The notes under the pieces are model-generated. The model worked only from the letters and a program-made list of their open reading frames with translations. It made no database searches and was not told the origin of the DNA. The translations under genes and the position numbers were made by a program. A stretch of 63,881 bases of DNA, filler included, from Collodictyon triciliatum (taxonomy: Eukaryota): the NCBI GenBank assembly GCA_043381765.1. It is 21 parts of 21 records of this genome, joined end to end, with 100 filler letters (N's around TTAATTAATTAA, not from the genome) between each part and the next. Parts side by side here need not be neighbours in the genome. Positions count along the whole stretch, not along the records: positions 30,655 to 33,615 come from JBHJMP010008009.1; positions 33,716 to 36,678 come from JBHJMP010008010.1; positions 36,779 to 39,737 come from JBHJMP010008011.1; positions 39,838 to 42,792 come from JBHJMP010008012.1; positions 42,893 to 45,851 come from JBHJMP010008013.1; 16 more parts are not named here. One strand, given 5' to 3'. Below are positions 30,655-43,247 of the stretch, piece after piece (the first letter of the stretch is position 1; the number at the start of each line of letters is the position of its first letter).

Positions 30655-32560
30655 TTTTTATTATAAATCCATGTATCATCCAACAAGTTGCCAGAAAAGC
30701 CAACTCCACCGTGCGATATGATTCTCGTTTTATCTAGGCGACAAAAAGAAGGATACTGCCTTCTGATTGGAGGAATTCCACTAGTATTAAGAGACTTCAT
30801 TGTTTCATCTCTGAAGTCTAAAACCATCACATATGAATAAAATTCTGTTCTTTTTATGCCATCTTTCAATTTTCCGCCCCAAATGAGCGCTTGGTCTCCT
30901 ATTTGCAAAGAGCTGACCCCAAGTCTATAGAAGGGTCTTTGATGTGGGCTTAGAGAGCTGTGCGGCAAAACCGCATTCCATTTTTTGGAAGACAGGCTAA
31001 ATACCCATATTCTGTCGTCATTCATTCCAGGCTCTGTTCTTCCACCATATACATAGATGAATCCAGGCAATGTCGACACCAAAGCTGATGTCCTCTCTGG
31101 TGGAAATGTTTGAGATATCAGTCCTTTGGATGCTCCTTTGTAGAGACAACTCCATTATTGTGTGGTAATATTGAATAGCCATAAGTCATTTAGCAGTACT
31201 TCTTGCGTGTAATCTGTCACTCCACCAAATATGATGAATGATTCATTTGTGAATTCTGCAAACCCTGGTTCTGTACGATGTATCGGAGATTTTGATACTG
31301 ATGTATCCGACCATGTTTGGGCCTCCATGTCCCAGACCCACACATCATTGCTGACCAATCCTGTTACTCCAGCTCCTCCAATAATCATCAACGCATGCCC
31401 AACAACCAGATTAACTGACCCATACTTTGGCGGAGGGTATGAGAGAGGTAATTCTGGGCTGTCGAGTCCATAATTCTTTCGAAACAAAACTCGGCTAGTA
31501 TTCAAGTTAAGTATGTTAACATCTTCTAGGGCTTCACCTCGCCTGTTTCCTCCAAAGAAATGAATTTGGTTTTGATATAAACCATAAGCAAAACTCCCTC
31601 TGGCAAACTCGCATATACTATTCTCTTCATCACAAGCCAAGCAATCATCCAAGGTGGGAGATGTTTTGCTTTTCACTCTAAATTCTCTGTCTTCAATGAC
31701 AAGTTCATACAAATCACCATTCTCATTATGGCCATCAGTCCCCCCAAAAATGTAAATCTTGTTATCTGAAAAGAAGACAGAACTGAATGATAACCTGGGT
31801 GCATTCAAACTAGGATTATTGATGTGAATCCATGTGTCTTTCTCGGGATGATAAGATAGGAGATTATTATGAGTCTCGTGTAATTCATTCTGGCCTCCAT
31901 AAATGTAAATGATATCGGCATTTCTAACACACGCTGAACCAATAAGAAGCATATCGTTTGGCACACCAGATTTTCTTTTCCATAGCTTTTTCTTTGGGTC
32001 CATTTGATAAATATAGTCGTCAGGCTGCAGTGTCTTGCCACCAATCAAGATAGCATAGCTTTCCATTCCCATCCAACAAAAATGTGTTCTTTCTTGCGGC
32101 ACATCACCAAACAATTGAATAGAACCCCACATGGGTTTCAGTACACTATTTGAATAGTGAAGTAGTGTCATTGAATAATATTTGTCAAAGTCATCTATTT
32201 CGGCTGACATGCTTCCTCCAACCACGTAAATCCCTTGGGGTGAATCCAACAGGCATGCCCCGCCGTGTATTATGGGAAGAAGGTCAGTGCCTAGCACTGC
32301 CGATTCTGTGGATTTCATCCTATCAATACCAGGCTTTTTTATCTCCCCTGTACCAATACGGTCACCGCATGTTGCTTGGTCTCTGAGAGGCTGGTTCGTA
32401 TTTGCAGGGCATGATATGCAGTCTCCTCGAAAATTAATAAAGTGACCAGCATCGCAGAAACATCAATCATCAGCCTCTAGAAATCTGTTATTTCAGGCTA
32501 ATAATGGAAAAGACTGAAGAAAAATCAAGACAAAGACAAAGAAATGAAGAGATAGAGCCT
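30655..32560 (-). pseudogene. Intronless Kelch-repeat protein with an N-terminal Cys-rich module, broken by in-frame stops
   Basis: One reading frame throughout with repeated hydrophobic-GG...W Kelch blades. Stops at 32493-95 (TGA), 32463-65 (TGA) and 31155-57 (TAA). Signal-peptide-like stretch and CFCDAGHF...CISCPANT upstream. Confidence 0.75.
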
Positions 32561-33984
32561 AAATCAGAATCAGAATATAAGTACTGAAGTCAGCGGGGTG
32601 GATATAAACCTCCGGGCTGGGAGCCGAAGACATGCACAGTATAGAATAACAGTCCAATCAGAAATACTAGTAGAAATCTGCTTGGTGAAGAGAATCCCAC
32701 ATACATCACTTTGATCGCCTTGTAGAAATATGTGCGGCTGGACTTGCTCTTGCTTCCTGAGATTGACCTTAGAAGTTACAGGGCTTACAAGCTTGTGCAT
32801 TTTTTTTTCATGATTGTTCTGATGAAGCTGAATCGATTGTCATGTGATCAGTCTCACGCAACTTGTCGGATTCTAATTCCCTGTCTGCTTCCCATTCATT
32901 TCAGAAAGTGTCGCAGTCTTGCTGTTCAGTCAAAAAAAAAAAACATAAGATGCAACAGAACAAAATCACATAACCTTGACACCACTGAAACACATTGCGA
33001 AACGCGATTTGAGTGATTTCTGGAATTTAAAATATTATATGCCGACAGATGGTATTAAAAAGGTGACGCCTATTCATAACCAATTTTAATCCCCCTCGGT
33101 CCTGCACAAAAGTTGAAAGGAAGAATATAAAAAAAAAAAATAACCAATTATTATCCAGTCATTCAGAACAGCGTATATACATAAAGTAATCATTTGCAAA
33201 GATAGTTACTGTGATTCTCATTGATGTGCACCTAGTGACTGGTTCACGTTTTTATTTTGCAACCACGAGATTTCCACGCTCTCTAAACTCCCTACTGACT
33301 TTTAGCACATGGATGAAGGAACGTCCCAATATCGAGCTGCTGCAATCACGAAGACATGGCGACATCAATACCACAAGGTAACATTCGCTCCTCGGCTTCT
33401 CTTTCTTTCTCTCAAAGAAAAATCGACATGACACAATGCTCTGCCTTTCATTCTACGCCTTTAATCACATTATTTTAGCCTGGATACTATTCATTTTTGA
33501 CTTTGAAGCACACCTAGAAAACACTCTTCTTATCACGGAGCATTTCTACCCTCACTGTCATCTCTTTTCTTATATTTTCCGCAAACACTCTTTGTGTGGT
33601 CACTATTTATTGGTGNNNNNNNNNNNNNNNNNNNNNNNNNNNNNNNNNNNNNNNNNNNNTTAATTAATTAANNNNNNNNNNNNNNNNNNNNNNNNNNNNN
33701 NNNNNNNNNNNNNNNTAATTGTAATGATAATTGTAATGATAATTGTAATGATAATTGTAATGATAATTGTAATGATAATTGTAATGATAATTGTAATGAT
33801 AATTGTAATGATAATAAATATTTATTCGATAAAGAAACTATCATAAGCAAATAGGTATAACTTTATGAACATGTTTCTCCTGAAAACAGGTTTATTATCA
33901 ACAGGAATATGAGAAATCATCGTAGCTCTGTGTTTGGTTGTATTAGGAAGAATAAAAATGTGCGGTATAATAGGAAGGGTGACC

Positions 33985-34201
33985 TGTAGTCGGGTATGCC
34001 TGACTCTGTGCTTATTCCTGCTCCTGTGATAACGACGAGAGACTTTTTCTCCTTCATAAAGGAGTGAAATGCATTTTTCTGTTCGTCCGTTAAAGTGGGT
34101 GCAGGCGGAGCAACACATTTCATCGCTACATGAGAGCATAGGCGGCTATTCGCTTCAAAATATCGGGAAAAAATGAAACAAAAGGGGCTCTTTGTGTCCA
34201 T
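33985..34201 (-). CDS. Sirtuin, class II (SIRT4-like), first exon only
   Basis: LVVITGAGISTESGIPDYR followed by a GT donor. Confidence 0.8.
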
Positions 34202-34342
34202 GTTGTTTCAGTGAAACTACGAATTCTTNNNNNNNNNNNNNNNNNNNNNNNNNNNNNNNNNNNNNNNNNNNNNNNNNNNNNNNNNNNNNNNNNNNNNNNN
34301 NNNNNNNNNNNNNNTCTTTTTCTTTTTCTTTTTTTTCTTTTT

Positions 34343-36551
34343 CTTCGGTTTCATTCAGGCTGTAAATTGATTAACTTCATTACAAAGCTTATGACGAACT
34401 TGGTTTTATCTCTTTCAAGGTACAACCCTTTTAATACAACGAAAGTGTACCCATACACGCAGCAATTTATTGCACAGACAGCCATCGAATTAAATCTGGA
34501 TTGACAAAACCAAAAGCTTTAATGAATCCAAGAAGCCACCTGAATAATATAATAGTATAATATATATAATAAGGTTAAAATACTTAATAATCTCGTTCTA
34601 TTCTTGTAATCAATTTATATTTTATTTTCCATAATGTAATATTAGCATTAAAACTCAAAAATGACAAACAAGCCCTTGCCTTGGCCCAGACAGAACACAC
34701 CCTATAAACCTGCCACCAAGCATGCATTCCAAAAAAGCATACTATCCACACTTGTGGCAGTAATCATGTTGTTTGAGGCCGATATGTTCACTTTCGGTCG
34801 TAATGGCCATACGGCCGTCCTTTCGAACTCGACGAATCGGCTCTCAGCGTTTTGTCACAAATCACTTGTAAATTTTTTTGTGTGCGTTTGTTTGCCAGAA
34901 TGTACACATTTTGAGAGTATCGGCAGATGGTTCATTTTACCTAAATTGATTTTGTGTAGTTTTTTCTTATCTTTTTTTTTTATTAAATCGACTGATTGAA
35001 TAAGGTTTTACTAAAATCGAAAACTTGGTATCTAAAGGAAAAAGTAAAACAAAGACATTCATATGAAGGAAAGGAAATGTCTTGGGTCTGAGAATCTAAA
35101 GTCTGTAAAACCAAACTATTGAAATGTGAAAACGTCTCGAAAGTCGATTGTAAAGAATGTGGATGACTATGACATAACCAGTGATACAGTTTTATTGTGT
35201 CATAATTGGTTACCGACACTTCTCTGTTTGCAAGATGTTACGTATTGAAATCACAACAACTCTCTACCAATCGATGAAATGGCGGGGGGTTTGTACGCTT
35301 TTAAGATAGTCGGAATAGTTTCACAAGATAGACCCGCAAGTTTAAAACAAAAAAAAACATCCAGAAATGAGAGACGACATGATGACTTTTTATCTCAACG
35401 ATTTTCGATATATTTTGTCCCAAGAACGCTTTCTGTTGGCTAGACTGTCTCATGTATTACCGTATTTGGTGAAGCAAGTGTTAACAGCTTATCAATATAA
35501 CATCAAGGAGTACATTTTGTAAAGAGGTTACTGCGCTTATAAATCAAACAGTTCCTAAAGAATAGAATATGACGGAAGCTGTTAAAAAGGCAGAGTTACG
35601 AAATTAAAAAAGACATCTTTATGAAACTCGAAATACCGGAACAATATAAAGAATGGGCTATATCGCATTTGCATCATATCACTCCCAACAATATTGTAAA
35701 TGGTATCGAATATGATATCAAAGTCAATCCAAATAAGTACATTCCATGTCTAATTTATGAATCGCATTTTTAAGGGCATTGAACCAAAATGCTTCAACCA
35801 ATCCTTTTAAGAACTAACAATATAACATCATGTAATATTTCTTTAGATACTGCATGTTAGATAGATTTATTAGTATTAACTGGAAAAACATCAATAATGA
35901 AGAATATATCAGGATGCAAAGAGACAGTATGGGATAAGTTCTTTGAAATGAAGAAGAGGGTCTTTCATCAAATAGACTACAATTTTAAATACACGATGCA
36001 AACAGACGGCTTGGTGGTGTCATTATTATTTGAAAAGAAAGGTATTTCAAATTCAAAATTACAATTCAAAAAAAAAAAACCTCAATATGTTTTTTTAGAT
36101 GAACTTTCCGAAGAGCAGTTATCTTTATCAGCGATAAAAGATAGTTAGAGTAGATGTAGGAAAGTTTAATTTGGTTTACAAGGTGGATGAGACAGGTAAG
36201 AAATTACGTTACACGGCACACCAAACATTACATGATAGCAAATCTCTTAAAAATCACACAATACTCTTGTGTGAGAAAAAAGAAAAAAGTACAATTCTTC
36301 AGGGATATGTATGGTAACAGGTTTACAAAATGCTGTTTCTTTTGGTCACAGGACTTTTGAAGAGAATCAGTGGTTTGAGACATTAAGAGTATCTTTAATC
36401 GATTTAGAGACAGAACTGAATAGACATAATTCATGCACGGTCGATTATGAAAAATTCGAAAGAATGTATCTATGAAATCAAGATACCAGGCAGAATTTTC
36501 CAGATTTTATGAACAAGTAACTTTTCGAAAGATGAGATGGAGATATTATGT
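34343..36551 (+). mobile_element. Fanzor-carrying element, copy 2 (decayed, 3' truncated after RKMRWRY)
   Basis: Collinear with copy 1: MQTDGLVVSLLF, GVDVGKFNLVY, FYEQVTFRKMRWR. It lacks RuvC-II, RuvC-III and the 3' hairpins. Confidence 0.85.
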
Positions 36552-37070
36552 TTTTTTTTTTTTAATTATTCCATTCAATTTTGTGCAAAATGGTGGAGAT
36601 GTTGGCTTTAGTTCGCAAGTCATCGTTTGCATGGACGCTACTTGGTGGCCGGGTGGCGGAGAAGTAGTCGGTAATCAGNNNNNNNNNNNNNNNNNNNNNN
36701 NNNNNNNNNNNNNNNNNNNNNNTTAATTAATTAANNNNNNNNNNNNNNNNNNNNNNNNNNNNNNNNNNNNNNNNNNNNATAATAATAAGAGAAATTAAAT
36801 GAATGAACTTCTTAATCAAATATTCATGTTCAGATTCAGCACGCCTGTCTGATTGACAAACCAGCATGCAGCCGCGCCTTCTTTTACCTCCGCGATGAGC
36901 ACTATGCTGTCGAACATGCCAAGAGCGAGGAAGAAAGAAAGCTTTTCCAAGCTGAAAGCGAAGAGGCGGTATAAAATTGATAAAAAGTCTTGTGTTTTCG
37001 TTTTCGAGCAATGATGTTATGTTTATATAATGACTTAATTTTTTACATGTATTTTAATGTATTATTTTAG

Positions 37071-39640
37071 TGTAAGAGGCAGGAGGAGCTCAAAGGGAAA
37101 GTCAAGGCCAAGTTCGGGCATGTTGTCTACAAAGGAGCAAAGGAGTATTCGGACTTTGTGACCTACCATCTCTCCTACGCCATTGAGCGTGACTTTGGGA
37201 ATCAAACTGTATTTTTTTTTTAATGGTTAAATATTTCAAAATTGATTGGTGATGTATATTTCATTTATATTATGTTCACATATCTATAAACTAGGTGAGA
37301 GACCCTGAAGACCAAGCGCAGCACCAGTTCAAGATGCATCGACTGGCTGGGTTTGGCGGAAGAAAGGAGCTTCTCCAGACAATTGTGGAGCAAGTAAGTT
37401 GAAATGAAGAAGATTGAATTAAAATTGACAATTATATCCTTCTATTTTCTTTTCTCAAGTTTATTCATTTTTATTTTACCAGACTATGAATCGGCTGAAC
37501 GCCGAGAAGTCCAAAATCATCGTTCTTGCTGCAGAGTCTGGGATTGGAAAGTCGTCGCTGATGGCTGCTACGGCGAGAGACCTCGAAGGGCTGAAGCATC
37601 CTGGGCTGAATGTCTTATTCCATTTTGTTGGATGCACCAACCTCAGCAACTACGTGGAAAGGTACGTTCTTTTTATTTCTAATTTTAATAAGAATATGAA
37701 TATTATGATATTATATTTGGTTTATATTCAAATATGTTTTTATTTAGTGTTTCGATTCGCTTCTGGACTTTGGTCACAAACTCTGCCAACTTTGTCAGGG
37801 AAAAGAAGCAACAAGCTGGTATTGCATCTCTATATTTTACTTTTTATATTAAATTGAATTTTATGTAATTTATTTATATTAATTTATTTTATTTTACCGA
37901 CAGAATACGAAAAAGAGGGACTCCAGGGCTTGCTGAAAATGATTCACGAGAAGAACAAGTAATACTTCAATTTTGTCTCCTTTTTATTTTTTATTTTATT
38001 ATTAAATCAAAATTAAAATACTTTGCATCGAATACAAAAATATTGAGGTTGATTTATCTTTTATAGGGACGAGAAGTTTGTATTTCTCATCGATGCCATC
38101 AACCAAATCCACCCGTCGCAAGGAACACCAGCTCCGCATCTGCTGACCTGGTTGCCCAAAAAAACACCACTTAATGTTGCCGTGGTTGTGTCGACCATTC
38201 ACACCCACGAATCTTGCATAGTATTTATATATTTCTTTTAATTTGTGTTTACATGCTGGTTAGAAATTATTTGAGTGGATGTTTACTTAATCTATATCTA
38301 TTATAAGTCTGCCAAGCAAAGTGGACTGGAGCCGATTCCTGTCGCCAAGTTGACCGAGGGCGAAGTTAAGGATGGTGTCGAATCCTTCCTCATTCGTTAT
38401 GACAAGACCCTGAGCGAAAAGCAAGTCGGAATGATTCTGGCTGACCTGAAAGATACTGGTGGGTCATCGTTTTATTAATAAGAAAATATAATTGATAAAA
38501 AAATTTCCAAGGAATGATTTAGTTATTCTTATCTGATATTTTTTATAGGCCATCCGCTCTATCTCCGCATCATTCTGGATGAGGTCAGGGTCTTTGGTGT
38601 CTATGAGAAGCTTGATGATGAACTGAATACACTGCTTGCGACCAACGGTGTCATTGAGCTTTACACTCTCATTATCAAGCGCTGGCAACTGAAGTTTGAC
38701 AGGAAAGGTGAGTATTGATTTTACATATTACTCCAAATTAAAAGCAAATTATAATGGTAGATTATATTGAATTTTTTTTTTTTTTTTTACAGTTTCCTCA
38801 TTTGATGAAAAAGAGACAATTAAGGTCGAATATGTCTCTCTCTCGATGAAGGTTCTCTTTGTCTCCCGCATTGGCCTGAGTGAAGGTGATTTGGACAAGT
38901 ACATGAAAGATTCGATTGGCACAAGATTCGAGCTTGCTGAATGGTTTGTTTGATGATTTTAAAATTATTAATCATCATATCATAATTTTCCCTTTATTTA
39001 TTGAGCTATTATTTCCCTTTATTCGATTCAAAGTATTTATTGATCTATTTAATATATTTTATCCATTCAATTAGGAAATCTTTCTTCTTTACCCTTATCG
39101 AGTCGCTTTTCGTTCGCAATGGAAGGTTGGTGTTATTTCTCAATCCTTTTGTTCGTTAATTGGCGTTCTTTCAGTATAATTATATGTGGATATAAGGCTA
39201 ATTATTGTTTATCGTAGATACATGTACTTCCACCAGCTGTTGTTGGAGACCACCGAAAAGGTCTACTTCTCCGAAAAACAGGAGATAGAAAAAACGCACG
39301 AAAAATACGGAAAATGGCTGTTTGGCCAGTATTCTGAGGCTGCTGACGCGGATGAGGAGCTTGCTGCTGAGATATGCTACCAGCTTCTGAAGGGCAGTTC
39401 GTTTGACTTACTTGTCGAATACATGAAGCAAAAACATGTAATTTATTAATTTATTAATTTTATTTTATTCCATTATATTTTAGTTATAGTGAAACAATTT
39501 TCATCGATTAATTTTAATACTTAAAGGTTATCAGTATCATGCTCGGTGGTCGCTATCGTTACGAGTTCTTTACGTGCTGGAGAGTTATTAATGCTATTGG
39601 GGCGGCAAACTACAAAGATGTTTATGGAGCACTCGCTAAG
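37071..39640 (+). CDS. NACHT/STAND-like P-loop NTPase (TEP1/NPHP3-type), internal fragment, many exons
   Basis: FGGRKELL, Walker A AESGIGKSSL, LFHFVGCT, Walker B FVFLIDAINQI, LTWLP, GHPLYLRIILDEVRVFGVYEKL, GLSE, YFHQLL. Confidence 0.85.
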
Positions 39641-39644
39641 GTAC

Positions 39645-39737
<93 letters not shown>

Positions 39738-41778
39738 NNNNNNNNNNNNNNNNNNNNNNNNNNNNNNNNNNNNNNNNNNNNTTAATTAATTAANNNNNNN
39801 NNNNNNNNNNNNNNNNNNNNNNNNNNNNNNNNNNNNNGTTTGTTTGTTTGTTTGTTTGTTTGTTTGTTTGTTTGTTTGTTTGTTTGTTTGTTTGTTTGTT
39901 TGTTTGTTTGTTTGTTTGTTTGTTTGTTTGTCTGTTCTGTGACTGCACTTGACAAATAGCATGGGATAAACGTTGTTCGGGCGAGAGATGCAGTCGTGAA
40001 CACAAAGAATAGAACGCGCATTTTGAATGAATGGCATGATAAGGCAGCAAGAGGGAGAGAGGGCTAGACAGCAGGATTTCGACGGGGTGTAGCCTTATAA
40101 CCCCGCAAAACCATTGAATCATCCAAGAAAGACGATATGGCCTCTCAATATGTAAGTGGACGGATTGAGCAGTGTGTCGCTCGTGTGGGTTGTGTGGTTC
40201 GTGTGGTGGTTGGGAGCAGAACATTTTCGAAGGCTACAGGTGCAGTATCTTACTGTGACACTCGACGTGTATTCCTGCTGCAAATATGCGGTATATGTCC
40301 GGCATAGTATCGGACATGCTCCATAATTTAGTAAATGCTTTAAATTCCAGATTAAAAAATTTGATGACAATGATACGGAATTAATGTCAACTCTTTTCCT
40401 TTTGTTGTTAGTTTTGCTTCTTCATACTATTAATGTCCATGTTCATTTCTAGCTTTTTTTTTCTTTGCTGTGAGGGTGTTACCTTCCCTTCTGTGCGAGT
40501 GGGTGAACCTTTCATTTTTGCCGCAGTGAGTTTGTAATCTTCCGTGTGCTCGCGTGTGTGAAGCAGACTTCGGCTTTTTCCGGCATAGTGGAGAGCCTTT
40601 GCGATATTCGAGTTCTGTGGGCGCAGGTGCGCTGGTGAGTCCATTTTGCATTGCATTACTCGTGCCAGTGGTTGCGTGTTGCAGATGGCATTTGTTGGTT
40701 GACTCGACTAGTTGGTGACCGACCGGCTGCTGTAAAAAAAGGCATGAAACTCTAAACGGATAACTCTGAGTGCACAGGCTTCGTGTTACCGAGCTTTACA
40801 TACAGCTCTATCTCGACTCTTTATGTACAAAGGCGTTGCCTGAATGGGGAGCAGTTTATTTGTGAGTTTATCAATGGTGGCGTGGCAGTGGTGCCTGGAT
40901 GGTGATGGGAAAAGGGATTCGGGTCAGATTGGTTTTGATGCACAGATTCGAGATGATTTTTTTTTTTTGCAGATAAGATGTAAGTAAAATAAAAGTCATA
41001 GAATAGGCATGATTTTTTTTTAAAAAAAATTTGATGTGCAGTATATATGGGAAAAAAAAAAGAATTGTGAATAACAAAAATTAATTGGATTGATTCTTTT
41101 GTTTGGTGGGTTTATTTCATCGTCCTTGGTCTAATTCTTTAGAACGCATGCAGAAAGTGTCAAGAACAGAAAAAAAGAGCAAGAAATTTGGGGGTGTAGT
41201 TCGCATATGGGACATGCCTGTTGGGTGCGTTGTTTCCCGCAGCAGACACTACTGTCAGAAGCCGCGCTGAAGCCACGGGGCTGCTCCCCACCAAGTCAGG
41301 ATACGGCACCGCGTATAACCGTTGGAAAATACCCCACCAGTTTGCGTAGTGGCTCCCTTTAGTGGTTCAGTTCTCAGCTAGGACGAGTTCCAACTATGAA
41401 GAACTACAAGCCTCAGCCATTACAAAATAAGAAAGACATTCGCTGGGAGGAGCGCCGAAGCCATCCTATGAACTCCATAACGCCACGCTCAACGCCCGCC
41501 TACCCTTCTTAACCCGTCAATGATAGCCTTCATCAATGAATTGAAGATGAGAGGATGTTCTATATGACTAGTTGGCTTCGTCGAGGGATTTTTGAAGCAT
41601 ACTATTTTGGTTCAATAATGTAGATGTTAAACATTATTAATTAATTAATGACTTACATAGGGGTTGTGCCCCGTCCGCAGGTTAAATTTCCTTTTATTGT
41701 AATTTATTCGTCGGTCGTGTCAGCAAGGTTAGAGTGGTTATGATAATCATCAAATCCATCCACAGACACACGGAGCAA

Positions 41779-42735
41779 TCAGCCACCGATTGATGATGGA
41801 GGAATCTCATAAATGCTTGAATATTGGGCTACAGTCTCCTTACTAAAAACAATATCCCTTCCGGTTTTTTGAAAAATCAAAAGAATAACTTTACCAAGCG
41901 AGAACAGCTTGATTCCATCATTTCCACAAGCATCAAGATAATTTTGACGAGGAGGGAAACTGATCAAGGTACAGGGCGATAGATACACATGGATAAAGTT
42001 TTTTTAATCAACGCGATTTCGGTACCACATTCAATCCTGCATTATGGAAGAAAGATTCAACTCATTTCTATTTTCTTCGTTTCTTCTGTTTTTTGTTTCA
42101 TTTACAAAATACTCGACAATTTTCTTTGAAATAATACATATTAATATATCTTACTTACTGATACCTTTTTTTTTTTAAAAAAAAATTTCAACAGTGAAGC
42201 ATGGGTACATCTGCATGAATCATTCTGATAGAAATGTTTTTTTTATTTCCCTTTCAACTTGTTCAAATTGAGATGATATTATAATACCAGAAATTTGAAA
42301 ATTAACATAACGCAAAATTAGCATTTCATCAAAATAAATTACATCGTTTATAATGGATGAATCCATAAGAAAAACCACAAGAATATCTGAGATAAATAAT
42401 CAAAAGAGTCATAATCTTCGTAGACGAATTATCCCGTGTTCCCTGCGTGTCTGAATGCCTTGAACTCTATTGGATTATTTATCTTAAAAAAGAAAATAAG
42501 TATTAAATATACAGTACAGTACGATGCAGATAAGATCATTTCACATGATCTCAATAAGGATAGTAGATACCCATTACATACCTCATGAGTACCGCCTCGC
42601 ACCATGCGATACCGACACGACAGAAGACGGGTTCATTTGGTTTGCCTAATTCCTCACTCCTATGCTCGTATGGTCTACATCCTTTTTTCTACAAAGTGGT
42701 TATCGTGCTGGTCTTTTGAGACATTGTAATACCTA
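41779..42735 (-). pseudogene. Degraded multi-exon gene of unknown family
   Basis: GC-richer exon-like blocks bounded by AG/GT (about 42581-42735, 42410-42483, 41895-42037), but each contains stops or frameshifts. Confidence 0.3.
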
Positions 42736-43247
42736 TTACACACACCATATATAAAATGCAAAAGTAAAAGAGGTCATTTTCTTAGGACTATGNNNNNNNN
42801 NNNNNNNNNNNNNNNNNNNNNNNNNNNNNNNNNNNNTTAATTAATTAANNNNNNNNNNNNNNNNNNNNNNNNNNNNNNNNNNNNNNNNNNNNATACATAC
42901 ATACATACATACATACATACATACATACATACATACATACATACATACATACATACATACATACATACATACATACATACATACATAAATATATCGTGTG
43001 TGGATCGCCTGATTAAAGATTGTCCAAAAGTTACCAACGATGATCCAGAACAAGCGGGTGCGCTATGTTGTCATGTGAATTCCAGAATAGAGACAATTTC
43101 CCTGAATGTTTGCAACGGCTCGCTGCTATCCCCCAGCGCGCCAGTGCGTGCCTTGTCGAGGCAGATGGAATCAAGGCAGGAAAACGGCAGACAAGTCCGC
43201 AACGAAACGACCCGACTTAAAGTCCGTGCGTCTAGGTAGCTTGAAGG

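Noticed and set aside
36563-36678. Minus-strand terminal exon LITDYFSA...* as a PIG-K-like gene
   Set aside because: Too short to assign to a family.
39933-40002. SECIS element (GTGA-N11-AAA)
   Set aside because: The GA is Watson-Crick paired rather than forming a GA/GA quartet, and no selenoprotein ORF is nearby.
41411-41540. U3 or C/D snoRNA on the minus strand (TGATGA...GAGCGTG...GGCTGA)
   Set aside because: No U3 5' box A/A' region, no convincing terminal stem, and no recognisable rRNA guide.
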